From Sminthopsis crassicaudata (taxonomy: Eukaryota), in NCBI RefSeq assembly GCF_048593235.1, contig NC_133621.1, positions 38,865,148 through 38,908,319 of the forward strand: a DNA stretch of 43,172 bases, written 5' to 3'. Below, piece by piece: positions 9,886-22,695 of this stretch (position 1 is its first letter; the number at the start of each line of letters is the position of its first letter). The notes under the pieces were generated by a model, which was not told where the DNA came from, made no database searches, and saw only the letters and a list, made by a program, of their open reading frames with translations. The position numbers and the translations under genes were made by a program.

Positions 9886-10462
9886 TGTAACGTGCTCTCC
9901 TGGCAGTTACAATTACTAGTCTGTCCTAGACCCACCAGAGTACCTTTGACCACTGTCCTTTGCAGTGTGAGCTCTACCCGGCTCGCCTCCTCTGAGGCCT
10001 TCTAAGGTCTCTGGCCACAATCTCTTGAATCTATAGCTTAATAACCGGTAGCGCACTCAAGAACAACCACGTGTAATCTTAAAAGCCTTTATTATACCTA
10101 CTCACATAATGCCCTAGCTGATGCCCTGACTTGTTGGTTCCCGAGTGAACACCTGGTCAGAAGACCCACGTGTTCACTACCAAAATCCTTACCTCTTTCG
10201 GCTACCCATCTTGGCTTGGCCACCCAGGCTGGGGAGCCAGGGTGAACAGCACGAGGTTAAAGAGGGCGGTTGCTGCCTGCAGTGGGCTTACATAGGGCCT
10301 GTGAGGTCACACACACAGCCAATCAGCGAGAGAGTCACCCATTACAAAACTATCTCAATATGGCCAGGATCCCGCCCAAGGGCAGTCCTAATATCCACAG
10401 AAATTACTTCTGGGCCTCAATCTCCCGATGCACTGTGTCCGCCCATTTAAAGGGCCCTTACA
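9886..10462 (-). repeat. 5' LTR (577 bp)
   Basis: TGTAAC...CTTACA on +, adjacent to the PBS. On the - strand: two GGGCGG boxes, ATTGG, TATGTAA, donor GAG|GTAAGG, and AATAAA (10088-10093). Confidence 0.96.
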
Positions 10463-10829
10463 GGTCTACAAAAATTATCCACCAAATATGGTGGTGACAT
10501 GCTCAGGGAGAAAAAACACGCCTGGTATGAGGACTTCCTGAGCCTTTTCTGGGCTGGTCATCTGCCTTTAGCATCACCCAATTTTCATCTGTAGCTCCAA
10601 GAAGCCGTAGCATGTGTATCAGCCATAACTTGATAAAACTATATTGGCAGACAGTTTAAACCAGGTTGAGGATAACTGAAAAGCCTAAAATCTCACAATG
10701 AGTTAAGAGGATGTCTGTTCCAAGCTGTGAAGATTTCTCCTGGAGGAATGAACAGATGAGAACAGCTTGTTTCAAAGGCCATGAAAGTGTCTGACACAAG
10801 TGCATAGAGGTGGTCAGACATCAAAGATG

Positions 10830-11015
10830 CTTCTGTTGCATCCAGGCCAGTTGTCTTGATTTTGTCTTGCCACTGGATTTTGATGACTTAGGAAGAAAAA
10901 GTGAGACTGATGACTTAGTGCAGCTTTGCTTCACTTAAATCCAATTTCAAGCACGAGTCAAGACATCACCTCATGATATCATTGGTCCTCTTCAAACTGA
11001 AGAATAAACAACAAC
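10830..11015 (+). mobile_element. RTE-tailed marsupial SINE (WALLSI/RTESINE-like)
   Basis: Ends in the RTE-type tail ggtcctcttcaaactgaagaataaacaacaac; the body resembles recalled RTE-SINE consensus. Confidence 0.65.
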
Positions 11016-11959
11016 TTGGAATGTATTTTAGATCTTTTGAACTTCAGCAGTCCATCAGCCTAGTAGCCCTTAGTAGCAAGGATTACAGATATGTGACACC
11101 ATGTTCCAGCTAAAAATCTTTGTGTTACATAGAATTCTTTATTTGTCAAAGAACCCTTCTGATCACTGAGGTATCTTTCCTCTCTAAAATGCCATGTTGA
11201 TGTTATTTTAAAGGAGCTTATTGAGCTTATTGTCAAATATTTCTATAAAGTATTTACAGAATACTTATTTGGATGTACCTGCAGTGTAATATTCCATATA
11301 GTAATAATACTACCTATGAGTTTGTAGTGAGAACTAAAATGGCCTCAGGGATAGAGCCCTCTAGGATTAAGTAAGAACCATGTTCAAGTCTGTAACTTGA
11401 GTACATGACCCTGGGCAAGTCACTTAATCTTTTAATTGTATGAGTAATTCTCACAGAACTATAACTTGGAGATGGGTTTCCATGTGTGGTAGACTGATAT
11501 GGGAGAGGAGAGACCCACCCCTTCTATTGAATTGTGTATGTGTCTCAGACTCACAGGCCTTATTGTGACATACATAATAGAGGGGGTTGTCTCACCCTGA
11601 AATTCTTTATGCTAATAAAGTAACACATCTAGTCCCTATCTCTTTTAGTCTATATTATATTACTAATGATTGAATGCATTTTAGATGAATAAACTACAAG
11701 TGATAGTGTCTGTTTCTTGTTAGATTGGTGTTCAGTAGACAGCTGTTCCCCTTAAAAGTGTGTAATGTCTTCTTCCTTGAGCTACTTCATGTGTTTATTT
11801 ATCATATGAGAACACCAATTCATGAGACTCAATTCAGTAAATCTGTATGAAGCCTCTATAATATAGAGGGCATTGTGGTCTGATCTTTAAGGTTTTTTTC
11901 AGCTCTAAAATTCTACAGTGCTGTTATTCTAAGTGAGGTTTGTTGAGGACATCAATAGA

Positions 11960-14147
11960 TATCTTTATAAAATATTACTTCATCATACCTTTCAGATGAT
12001 AAATAAAGATTGTATTCAATAAAGGGCAGTGGACATATAGATTAAAAATTAATTGGAAACTAAATAATCTAAACCTAAAAATAAATGGGTCCAAAAACAA
12101 ATCATAGATATGGTCAATATTTTCATTAAAGAGAATGAAAACTATAATACAACTTACCAAAATTTATGGGATGCAGCCAAAGCAATACTTAATTTTTATT
12201 AAATTAAATTAGTTAATTAATTTATTTTATTCTGAACTTAAGAAACAAAACAAGCATTTTCATAACATAATGGAATGGGAGGGAAAGATGATTACATATG
12301 AAACTGCAAGTTTATTATATACAACTTGATCTTCCTTTTAAATATATAACATAGATATCTATCTGCATCTAGAGGAAAGAAACTAATAAATATTAGTATG
12401 TATAGAATGATTACATATACACATTTGTGTCTAATGGTAGCCATCTACAGGATGGAATGAAGTGGCAAGAAAGAGGGGGGAAAGGGAGAGAATAAAGAAA
12501 GTTAATGTAATGAAATAGTACTTAAAAGAAAATTTATATCTCTAAGTGTTTATATCAATAAAATAAAGAGATCAATGAATTAGAAATTGAAATTAGAAAA
12601 TTAGAAAAAAACAAATTAAAAATCTACAATTAGACACCAAATTACAAAATCTGAAAATCAAAGAAGAGATAAATAAAATTGAAAGTAAGAAAACCATTGA
12701 GCTAACAAATCCACCAAGTCAGTATCAGACTTTTGATGAACTAATTTTATATTACAACCTGAGATCTGGTATGTCTAGGCCACATTCCTTAACTTTTTTA
12801 TTGATTTTATATTTTTTAAAAATAAAATTAACCAATAGTTAATCTATTTTATTGGGGTATTTTTAAAAGGTCCAAGACTGCTACTTAGTAGAGAAAAGGA
12901 CATCAAGAAAAATTAAATTACCAGTTAAATTAAAAATTAGTTAAAATAATGTAATAATTAAATAATTTGTTATATTACAAATCTCACACAAATCAGATCC
13001 AATGAAAAAAATATTAATTGTTCATAGGTAGGCTGAGAAAATATAATGAAGATGACAATTCTACCTAAATTAACTTGTTTATTTGGCTCCATGCCAATCA
13101 AACTACCAAAAAATTTATAAAGCTAGAAAAAATAATAAAATTTATCTGGAAGAAAAATGTTATATAATAGACAAATATATGAATGAGGAAAGAGTTTAGA
13201 GAGCATTATGAAAACTAAATGGCTCATTTTTATTATATAACATTAAGCAGTATTTGCACAAGTAAGACCAATGTAATAATAATTAGAAGAAATGCAGAAA
13301 ACTGGGGAAAAATGTTTACAGTGGGTATCTCTGATAAAGACCCCATTTCTTAACAATGTAGAGAACTGAGTTAAATTTATGAGAACACAAGTCATTCCCT
13401 AATTGACAAATACTTAAAGGATATGAATAGACAGTTTTCAATCAAAGAAACCAAACCTATCTATAGTCATATGGAAAAAAATTTCTTAATCACTATTGAT
13501 TAGAGTAATGAAAATTAAAACAATTCAGAGGTACTACCTCACATCAATCGGATGGACTAATATGACAAAAAAAGTTTGGATATTGATGGAATTGTAGGAA
13601 AACTGGGACACCAGTGTCCCATTGGTAGAGCTATGAACTTCTGTAGCCATTCTGGAAAACAATTTGGAACTATACCCAAAGGGGTATAAAACTCTGCGTA
13701 CCCATTGATCCAGCAATAGTGGGGCAAAATCAATATCCCCAAGAGTATTTTTAGAAAGGGAGAGAGAAAAAATCTATCTGTACAAAAAAAGTATATCAGC
13801 TCTTTTTGTAGTAGCTAAGAATTGAAAATTGAGGGGATAGAATTTGGAACTCAAAATTTTTTTTAAATTTTAAAAATTGGGGAATGACTGAAGAAATTGT
13901 AGTCTATAATTGCAATAGAATAGTATTATTCTGTAAGACAACGAGCAAAATTATTTCAGAAAAACCTAGAAAGACTTATATGAACTGATATAAATGAACT
14001 TAGCAGAACCAGAAGAACAGTGAATACAGTAATAGCAATATTATATGACAGGTTGTAAATGACTTGGCTATTCTCAAATAAACAATGGTCCAAAACAATC
14101 CCAACGGATTTTGAAAAATGCTTTCCCCATGTAGAGAAAGACTGAAA
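11960..14147 (+). mobile_element. Older fragmented L1 ORF2/3' region, running into an assembly gap
   Basis: TTYQNLWDAAKA-encoding segment near 12140-12185 and ORF2 C-terminal and 3'UTR-like sequence at 13000-14147, with interruptions. Boundaries approximate. Confidence 0.8.
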
Positions 14148-14402
14148 NNNNNNNNNNNNNNNNNNNNNNNNNNNNNNNNNNNNNNNNNNNNNNNNNNNNN
14201 NNNNNNNNNNNNNNNNNNNNNNNNNNNNNNNNNNNNNNNNNNNNNNNNNNNNNNNNNNNNNNNNNNNNNNNNNNNNNNNNNNNNNNNNNNNNNNNNNNNN
14301 NNNNNNNNNNNNNNNNNNNNNNNNNNNNNNNNNNNNNNNNNNNNNNNNNNNNNNNNNNNNNNNNNNNNNNNNNNNNNNNNNNNNNNNNNNNNNNNNNNNN
14401 NN
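14148..14402. other. Assembly gap (N)
   Basis: Run of N. Confidence 1.
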
Positions 14403-16289
14403 TTTCTTCCTTGCTTACTTCTTTCCTTCTTTCCTTTTAGTGTCCTTTTAGGAGATAGAGAGCACTTCTAACTGGGTAAAAACAGGAATTATAAAAGATG
14501 GCTTTACCTCTGCTTTATAGGAAGCTAGAGGTTCAAAGACAGAAGTAAGGGGACAAGTTGCCAACTGATCAGGAGAAGCAGCTCTGGCTACAATAGAGGG
14601 TCAGGAGATGCAGTTGCCTGCACAGGAAAGTCCAGGCCCGTGTGGCTGGAGCAGAGAGAACAGGACGGGGCTTGATATTAACTAACCCAAGAAAGTATGG
14701 AAAAGGAACTAGTTTATGGAAGGCTTAAACGGGAAGCTGAGGATTTGGTGTTTTATTTTTCAGATGATTGGAAAACAGCAGTTGTGGTTGAGTCAGGATT
14801 GGGGAGAGCATGTGGCCTGAGAGATCCCATAAATTTTTGCTGAAGGCATAAGAAATTAAAGAGAGCAATGGTGCCTTGTCTGGTGGACCTTTTACATCTC
14901 AGAGCAATGCACAAAATGGTGCAAAAACTAGATGCAAGATGATAATGGCTGTGGGATTCAGATCCTGAGTGCTCAATGAGCTGTGATGAATACACCTTTT
15001 GGCTCAGGTCTTCTTCATCATTGTTTCTATTTCCCTTTTTAATTGTCTGCTGGTAGTCTGACAGGTGCATGACAGCTTTGGGACAATACACTGGCTGGTA
15101 AGAATTTCCAAACATTTGTCATCTATTATCTTCCATTTCTCCTTTAACTCATGAGTGTTTTAGAATTTCTTATTCCCCCACTCCTTTCCAGGCCAACTTA
15201 TGATTCAGCTGTTCACTGTACTGTCAGCTCGGCCATTCAGCCAGGTCTCTATTATATTCTCATCATTTTGTCTTTATTATCTTTAATATAGGTAGGGCAC
15301 CTGGGCAATCATTTGGAAGGTGGACTTGCTAGCTGCACCAGCAATGCCAGCCTGCTCTGAAAATTCAACCTGGGCATGCAGTAATGTGTGTTACATTTTT
15401 TTCTGTGGGGGCAGGAGAACAACACTAGACTCTCAAAGTCTTGTTTTTGTAAAATACTTGTCTCATAGTGAGAACTACACATAGAAACCATCAAATGGAA
15501 TCAGCTTTCTTCTTTGTCCATGTCAGCTGCGGTGCACGGGAAGCCATTTGGAAGAGAAACCTTCCAGGCAACAGTTCTAACAATAGCATTTAAAAATCCC
15601 TTTATTAAAGTCTAAAAATGACAGGTACTATTGTCTGGTGAGATAATGGATGTAAAATGCTTCCTGTTCTAGAAAACACTGTATAACATTCTCAGTCATT
15701 ACTATATTGATTTTATTCATATTTATATTAATAGTATGCTATATATTATTGAATATATTTATGTTATATTAATATTGCTACTCTCAGTCAGATGTATCCT
15801 ATTCTCATTGAAATTAAAACAAGCCACTTCCTATCTAGTTAACAGTAACAAAATGGATTGTTACCCCCACACAAAGATATGAAGAATAATATCTATGCCT
15901 AGAGCCTTGGACTCCTCAGAGAAAAATGTTATATAATAGACAAAATAGATAAGGATTTTCCTACCTCCCCCCCAAGAAGTTAAGTGATTTTTCCATCACA
16001 TAGGTAGTAAATTTCAGAGACAAAATTTGGACCCAGATCACCAGACTTTGTAGGATTTTAGAGTTTGAACTGAAAAGGACTTTAGAAGTTATATCAAAGC
16101 TCTTTATATTGTACCGTACTGCCTGCCAATCTCAGATATGTAGTTTTGTTTTTTTAATTAATAACACATTTTTACTGAACATTTTAGTAATTCCAGAGAG
16201 CCATGTATTTTCAGAGCAGTGAGTATCTAGGAGCTTGGAAAAAGAATAATGATATTAATATATTTTAAGGTTTTGAAAGTCCTTTTACA

Positions 16290-16437
16290 TTTTTTTTGGC
16301 TGAGGCAGTTGGGGTTAAGTGACTTGCCCAAGGTCACATAGTTAGGAAGTGTTAAGTGTCTGAGGCCAGATTTGAACTCAGGTCCTCCTGACTTCAGAAT
16401 TAATGCTCTATATACTACTACACCAACTAGCTGCCCC
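16290..16437 (-). mobile_element. Full-length marsupial CORE-SINE (WSINE1/SINE1-like)
   Basis: On -: ggggcagctag head, B-box gagttcaaat, core gtgaccttgggcaagtcacttaac, A tail. Degenerate TSD gtcc(t/c)ttacat. Confidence 0.88.
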
Positions 16438-16455
16438 TGTCCCTTACATTCTTTA

Positions 16456-16499
16456 TGAATGAATGAATGAATGAATGAATGAATGAATGAATGAATGAA
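16456..16499. repeat. (TGAA)11 microsatellite expanded from an L2 3' tail
   Basis: Followed directly by atttattaagcacttact, the antisense L2 end. Confidence 0.9.
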
Positions 16500-18081
16500 T
16501 ATTTATTAAGCACTTACTTGCTATGTTCTTAAAAAAAACAACAACAACAGAAAAAGGAGAGGAATTTTCACTCTGGTTGGAGAAGACAAAAATCAGCTGT
16601 GGGGTGGATGGAAAAGCCCACAATTCCTAAAGGAGCAGCTATCAGGGCTAATGGCAAGTCTTTGCAGTCTTTGAGATATATGTAGAGAGATAGGAATGAC
16701 CTACCACCATTGGGAAGAAAGGAGTTGTTCTAAAGGTAAAAGAGATGGTTCTTGGTCCCCTCTAATATGAGTTGAGACAGGATTTGTGATGGGGAGAGAA
16801 CATGGCAAGGAAAGTATGGGGTCAACTTTGGGAAGGAAGGAGATAGTAGAATCCCACTGGGCACCACATCTGAGACCCTGTAGGAGCTTTTGATGTCTGG
16901 CACGGCTTGTTGGCAGAGGGACCCATTTATTCTTGGGCAAAACTTTCACAGAACATTAGTCTCACAGTGAGACCTGTAAGCCTGGAAACATACATAGGAC
17001 ATCAGATGGGACAGGTTGTCTTCTTTGTTCATGGCAGCAAACCTGTGAAATAGAGTCATATGGGTATTGATTTATTTTCATTTTGCAGATTAGGCAACTG
17101 AGGTTATTTATGTTAAATGACTAAATATCAGTTGTGTGACATGGACATCCATCTAATAAGCATCAAGGTGCGATTCAAATCCAACTCTAATCTAACTCTC
17201 CATCTATAATACCATAGATATATAGCAGCAGGGGCAATAGACAAATTTTCATTCCTTTAAAGAATTTTATGAGCCCCCAAACTGATTTTTTCTAGGTTTA
17301 GCCTAAGTCTTTTCAAGTCCTGGACTGCTGGCTGAAGAGCAATTTGCATGGCAGTGGAATGCTGCAGGTGTGACTTACCTTTCAATGTTTGCTGTCAGAG
17401 TTAAGTGATTCAGGTTCTGAGTGAAAGGTTTATTTGAAAGTCACTGTTTGAGGATTTAATCGTTTAAACCAATCTTCCCCATATGTGTGTCTAGAATTTC
17501 AATTCATTGCATTGTCTAGTTCTTGGTCATCATGTCTGGCCGTGATGGGAGCAAGAAATGCATGATGATATATTCTACAATTTCTCTACCTCACCACTCT
17601 CCTCAAACAATGCCCATATTTCAGGTTTGTGTCAAGATTTTATGGATAATATATATTCAGTATAATAGTAATAGGACATGAAGTAAGGCCATGGCAACTG
17701 AATAACATTTCAGATATCCCATTACAATTCTAGTCTACAATACAAGATGAAGAATTTAGAACTCAATTCTTATATCCTATTCTGAATTAAAGAATTTTAA
17801 ACAATTTCTTCCTTAATAAGCTTACAAATGCTTTAGAATTTCACCCTTTGTATACAAATTGAATATCAGAGAGGAATCATAAAATATTAGAGCTAGAAAA
17901 ACTTCTGGAGTCCAATGCTTTTAACAGTATAGATGAGGAAAGGCAGGCATAAAATCATTGCCTGAAACTCTAAAACTGTCTGTGTGACCTTGGACAAGTC
18001 ACTTGAATGAGTGAAATAGTGAGTGAGTGAGTGAATGAATAAAAGCATTTAAGGGTTTATTATATGCTGAGCTACTGCAAA

Positions 18082-18512
18082 CTCTGCTATAGAGAGCCCA
18101 ACTGCAATGGGCTGACCACATTGTTTGAATGTCAAATGTAAATTTGCCTAAAAGACTATTTTACCTAGGACTCTTCAAGGAAGGCACACAAGTGGTAGTC
18201 AGAGGAAGTAGTAGGACGGACTCAAGGTCTCTCTGAAGAACTTCAGAATTGGTTGCATGTCTTGGGAGACACTGGCACAGCATGGCGTGCCCTCATCAAA
18301 GAAGGCGCCGTGTTCTATGAACAAGTAGAATTGTAGTATGTCAAAAGAAACAAATGTACAGATTTAGAGACATCTCTACCCCAAATGTTCATATGAACTC
18401 TGTGTGCCCAAACTATAATAGAGCATTCCGGGTCATAATATCTCATCAGCCACAGTTGGACACACTGTATTTTGATTCCAACATAGTGATTTCATTTTAG
18501 TTCTCTTTGAGC
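18082..18512 (+). mobile_element. RTE-clade LINE 3' end (marsupial RTE)
   Basis: Translates to QWADHIV*MSNVNLPKRLFY (RTE RWAGHVVRM..RLPK.LFY) and ends in the RTE tail catagtgatttcattttagttctctttgag. Confidence 0.85.
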
Positions 18513-19698
18513 ACTATATGCTACACTCACAGATAGAAATACAAAAACTAGACTTCTGAAAAGTGGGAACAATACATACTGGGGAACAGTAACAAGGGAG
18601 TGTTTTGCTTCAAGAAGTTATAAAAGAGTAGAGACATAGGGGAGTTGATTGAACTGCTTCTTTGGCAATTTTGTAGGTATTAATTTGATTACACTTTATA
18701 GATGGAAGGAGGAGGAAGGAAGAAGATAGAGGTAAAGTGGGACAGTGTGGCAGATGGCAAGAAATTGGCAGGCTGAAATATAAGTGGTAGCAGGACTGGC
18801 TATTGTCCATGTGATGTTCATTAATTGAGAAAATCTGTCCCCTTCCCAAGTAGATGCTCTCAGATCTCAATGGCTTCAATCCCCTGGGCCTCAACTTTCC
18901 CATTTGTAAAAAAGGAGGAAATTAGTGTGCTTTTAAAGCCATGAGACTAAGAAAGTAGTTTATGGCAGAGAGCCAAGACTCAAACCTAGTTCTCCTGACT
19001 CTTAAATCAACAACCAAGTACCACTCCAACAATAATAATATCCGATATTAATATGGCACTTTAAGTTCATTACATGAATTAAATAAGTGTTCTTTGCAAG
19101 ATGCTCATGCTGCTTGTTCTCAAAGTAATCACCAGCACTTCAAAAAGTACTTTGTTAACCACAGAACACTACATAGACATAGGTGATTTATTGATTTCTT
19201 TAGATAGGTTTTAGTTTTGTGGGGAGCTATGTCTTTGAAATCAGGATTAGAAACCAAATACTCCTCCTGGTTCAGATGCCGCCTTTGAGCCTCTAGCAGG
19301 AGTCATTACCCTATTTGATACACTCACTACTGGCCTAAGATTTTTTGACCTTGCTGGCCTTGGGAACTTTTCTCTAGCATTTATGAGCCAGAAACAGTGG
19401 GATGTTTTGTTTTGTTTCCCTGGAGATCGGTGTTCTCCTGGTGCATCAGTCCTTCAGCTCTGGGTAAATAGGATCCCAGCAGGCATTTCAGCCAGTATAT
19501 TGGATAGCTTCAAATTAATTGGTTAAGATGTTGTGAACATTAGAATTCTTCTTTCAGATCCCTAGTCAGTACATCTTCAAGTGTTACCTAGGAGGTTTTT
19601 GGGTCTTTTTCCCCAATGGAAAATGATAGGAACTAATATCACTCATCTACTCAGAACCATTCATTAGAACCCAACTATTTACTGAACTATATTTAGAG

Positions 19699-19845
19699 CA
19701 GTGGTGTCCAACTCTCTAAATCAGATTAAATCATAATTGGGAATTATTTAACAAATTAAATAAAAATACAATAGAACATAGACAATGCTAATGGTTTTCT
19801 AAGTCAAAATGTGGCCAGCAGGGATCTTTATGTAGGTTTTAGTAG
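19699..19845 (+). mobile_element. hAT-type MITE fragment, family not identified (related copy at about 38470-38592)
   Basis: Starts CAGTGGTGTCCAACT. The core aaatcagattaaa...aattgggaa...ttaacaaa...ttttcta is shared between the two copies. Confidence 0.55.
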
Positions 19846-20344
19846 GCCTGTTTTTTTTACTTTGATGCCAGAATGCAGGGGAAAGAATTCTGGATTTTGT
19901 GCTGGAAAAACTAGGTTCAAATCCCAGTTCAGCTGCTTACTATTTGTGGGATGTTTTATCTTTCGCAGAGTCAATTGCCCCATTCCTAAAAATGAAGGAG
20001 TTGATACTTTTGAAAACCTAATGTATTCTTTCTAGAATTAAGTGCAAAATAATCAGGATGGTGGGGGTTAGAAGTAGAAGGGACTTTGGATCTAAAATGA
20101 GAGTGAGAAGAAAGCAGAATTTAGAGTCAGAAGGACCTGGAGTCAGAAGCTGATTACCTGAATGTCTTTAACATAGCATTTAACATCTCTGGGTCTCAGT
20201 TTCCTCTCCTATAAAATGGGAGGATTGAACTAGAGGACTTCTGAGGTACCTTTTATTTATAAGAAGTAGGGGTACAAAGCGTCAAGGGAGCAAAACCAGG
20301 AAAATATTTATGTAAAAATAACATTTTTTTAAAAAAAGTAACTT

Positions 20345-20902
20345 TGAAGGATGGGATAGCCAAGGAAACAGCTCCATTTTATCTGTAGTTCCTTTGTTTT
20401 GTCTCTGGCCCTTGCTTGTCTATCTGTCGCCAACCCCTAGGGGTGTCCCCTCCTCTCCTGTCTGTTCATATCTGATCCACACATGTGCATTTCCCTTCTT
20501 TTGGGTCCTAGCTCCACGGGTTCTTGTTTCAGCTCTTGCTTCCCCATCTTCCAGTCCCCCACGTGTCCTGGAATGCAGTGATAGCCCCTTCCTTCTGTGG
20601 GTGAGCAGCTTCCTCCTGCCTCCCTCCTCACCTCCCTTTTCCACATTCCCAAGAGCAAATTTACATAAGCAAAAATCAATTTACAAAGAGATCTAAAGTA
20701 TGTCCACTTAGGTAAAACAAGAACTTCTGTATAAGCTTTGTTCTTTTGTTCTTCGTGTGTATCTGACTGCACCTGTGAATCAGACCCCCTTGCTGGTGAA
20801 TTTAATATACCCTAGTTTGGGTTCCTAAATTTCTGGTTCTGATTCTGGTTCTATTTCTATTTTTTGTGTGGTGTGGGTAGTTTTATCTACAAGGACTTAA
20901 CA
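20345..20902. mobile_element. Candidate solo LTR (ERV1-like)
   Basis: TGAAGG...TTAACA ends with an imperfect 4-bp flank ACTT/ACTC; a more GC-rich block set within L1-like AT-rich sequence. Confidence 0.4.
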
Positions 20903-21758
20903 ACTCCGAGGTGAATGTATAAACCTGTTTTGCTTGATTATGCATTTTTGTAATGGTTTTATTTTTCTTGCCTTCTCAATGAATAAAGAAAGGACAGGTG
21001 GAAAGGAGAGAATTCAGAACTGAAACTATAAATGAATTTTTTAAAAATTGTACTTAAAAACATTTGCCAATGCAGTTATTGATCACAATTCTAGAGGATC
21101 AATGGTAATGCCTTCACTCACCTCCTAACAGAGAGAGGATGGATCCAAAGTACAAAGATGGACATACATTTTTGGATGTAACCATTGCAAGAATTTGTTT
21201 TTCTTGGCTAGACATTTTTGTTAAAAGGCATTTTTAAATTTTTAATTTAGTTAATTTAATTTAGTTGGGGGAAAGAGATCAGAGAGTTGAAAATGATCTA
21301 AACAAAAATATTTATAGCAGCTATTTTGCAAGGACAAGGTATTAGAAATTAAGGAGGTACCCATTAACTAAAGAATGACTGAACAAGTTATAGATATAGG
21401 AATGCTGATGGGGATGATTTCAGATAAACCTTCAGAGTAAAGAGAGCAGAACCAGGAGAACACTCTGTAGTCCAACAACAATATTGTAAAGACAGCCCAC
21501 TTTTAAAATCTTAGGAATGCTGATCAACATATTAATGGACCATGCTTTTGGGGAACTCTTGATGAAGTACGCTACCCACTTCCTGAGAGAGAGATGATGG
21601 ACTCAGTGTACAAACTGAGATATTTTTGGGACATGGTTGTTGTGGGAATGTGTTTGGTGTGACTGTCCATGTGATTTTTCCCCTTGTTTTCTCAATCCAA
21701 GGATGGAAAGTAGGAAGAAAAGAATGCAGATGTTTGGGAGGAGAACCTAAAGAAAAAT
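20903..21758 (+). mobile_element. Old marsupial L1 3'-end fragments
   Basis: Recurrent L1 3'UTR-type motifs (tgttttgcttgattatgcat; aaaatatttatagcagct). Boundaries approximate. Confidence 0.6.
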
Positions 21759-21894
21759 NNNNNNNNNNNNNNNNNNNNNNNNNNNNNNNNNNNNNNNNNN
21801 NNNNNNNNNNNNNNNNNNNNNNNNNNNNNNNNNNNNNNNNNNNNNNNNNNNNNNNNNNNNNNNNNNNNNNNNNNNNNNNNNNNNNNNNNNNNNN
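21759..21894. other. Assembly gap (N)
   Basis: Run of N. Confidence 1.
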
Positions 21895-22586
21895 AATAAC
21901 AAAGCTATAATTCAAATCCATGTTCTCTAATTCTATATGCTGTCCCTCCTCCATCATCTCACTTGAAAATTTTACCAAGCCAATATATTTTGCTCCTGTT
22001 ATCATCTCCTTACTAAATCATGTCAAGGTTCTGAGAGAAGTGAAAAGTCCCCCAAAAGGTTGGGTTCTCCTGCGTTAGAGGTTAGTGACATTTTTACCTC
22101 TGAGTCAGTTCCCAAGCTCATGCGCAATCTCCTGCCATCTGTTCCTTTTCTTCCCACTGTCTCAGGTCTTCGATTTCTAATTGACAATTACAACATAGGG
22201 CCATATGTGGTGATACTTTGCCTTTCCACAGGTCCTTTCTTTTAGGGAGCTGAATTTACTGCACCAACACCATCTCATTAATCATCCTGACATTCCCATG
22301 AGCTAAGTAGCAGGTAAAGTGTGAAGTTGATTAAAGAAAGAAAAGATGAGAAATATCTTGTGTTGCTTAAAGCTTGGCTTGGAAGCACAACTTTAGATCT
22401 AAATATTTGAGCAACATGAGCTCCTTTTCCATTTTTTAAACATAATTCATAATTGTGGATTAACTTGTCACCCCACAGATAGTCTCCACAAAAACAGTTT
22501 TAATAAAGAGAACAGAACTGTAACTAGGAAAGAGCAACTTAGCCCTCATATATCAAAACTTAAAGGGCCCAAAAGTGTAAAATAAT

Positions 22587-22682
22587 GAGGCAGCCAAGTG
22601 GTGTGGTGGATAGAGCACCAGCCTTGGAGTCAGGAGAACCTGAATTCAAATTCAGCCTCAGACATTTAATATTTACTAGCTA
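22587..22682 (+). mobile_element. 5' half of a marsupial CORE-SINE (WSINE1/SINE1-like), split by the L1 insertion
   Basis: gaggcagcc...gagtcaggagaacctgaattcaaattcagcctcagacatttaatatttACTAGCTA; the sequence resumes at 27352. Confidence 0.85.
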
Positions 22683-22695
22683 AGAAGAATCTTTT

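Larger units (their letters stand above)
6623..10462 (-). mobile_element. Young non-autonomous class II (betaretrovirus/ERVK-like) provirus, 3840 bp, antisense to TMEM108
   Basis: Two near-identical LTRs with TG...CA ends, GGTCTA on both flanks, PBS next to the right LTR and PPT next to the left LTR. Integrase motif VMWK..G.WKGP. Internal region is only 2687 bp, with no RT found. Confidence 0.96.

Noticed and set aside
14118-14471. ORFs spanning N runs (also 21532-22005, 21626-21910 and 38833-39347)
   Set aside because: They are open only because N codons are not read as stops.
14753-15115. 120-aa minus-strand ORF
   Set aside because: No recognisable homology and no convincing splice-site pair.
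17373-17416. Perfect minus-strand donor AAG|GTAAGT at 17379 as an antisense lncRNA exon
   Set aside because: One or two such 9-mers are expected by chance in 43 kb on two strands; the acceptor is modest and the exon would be only 38 nt.
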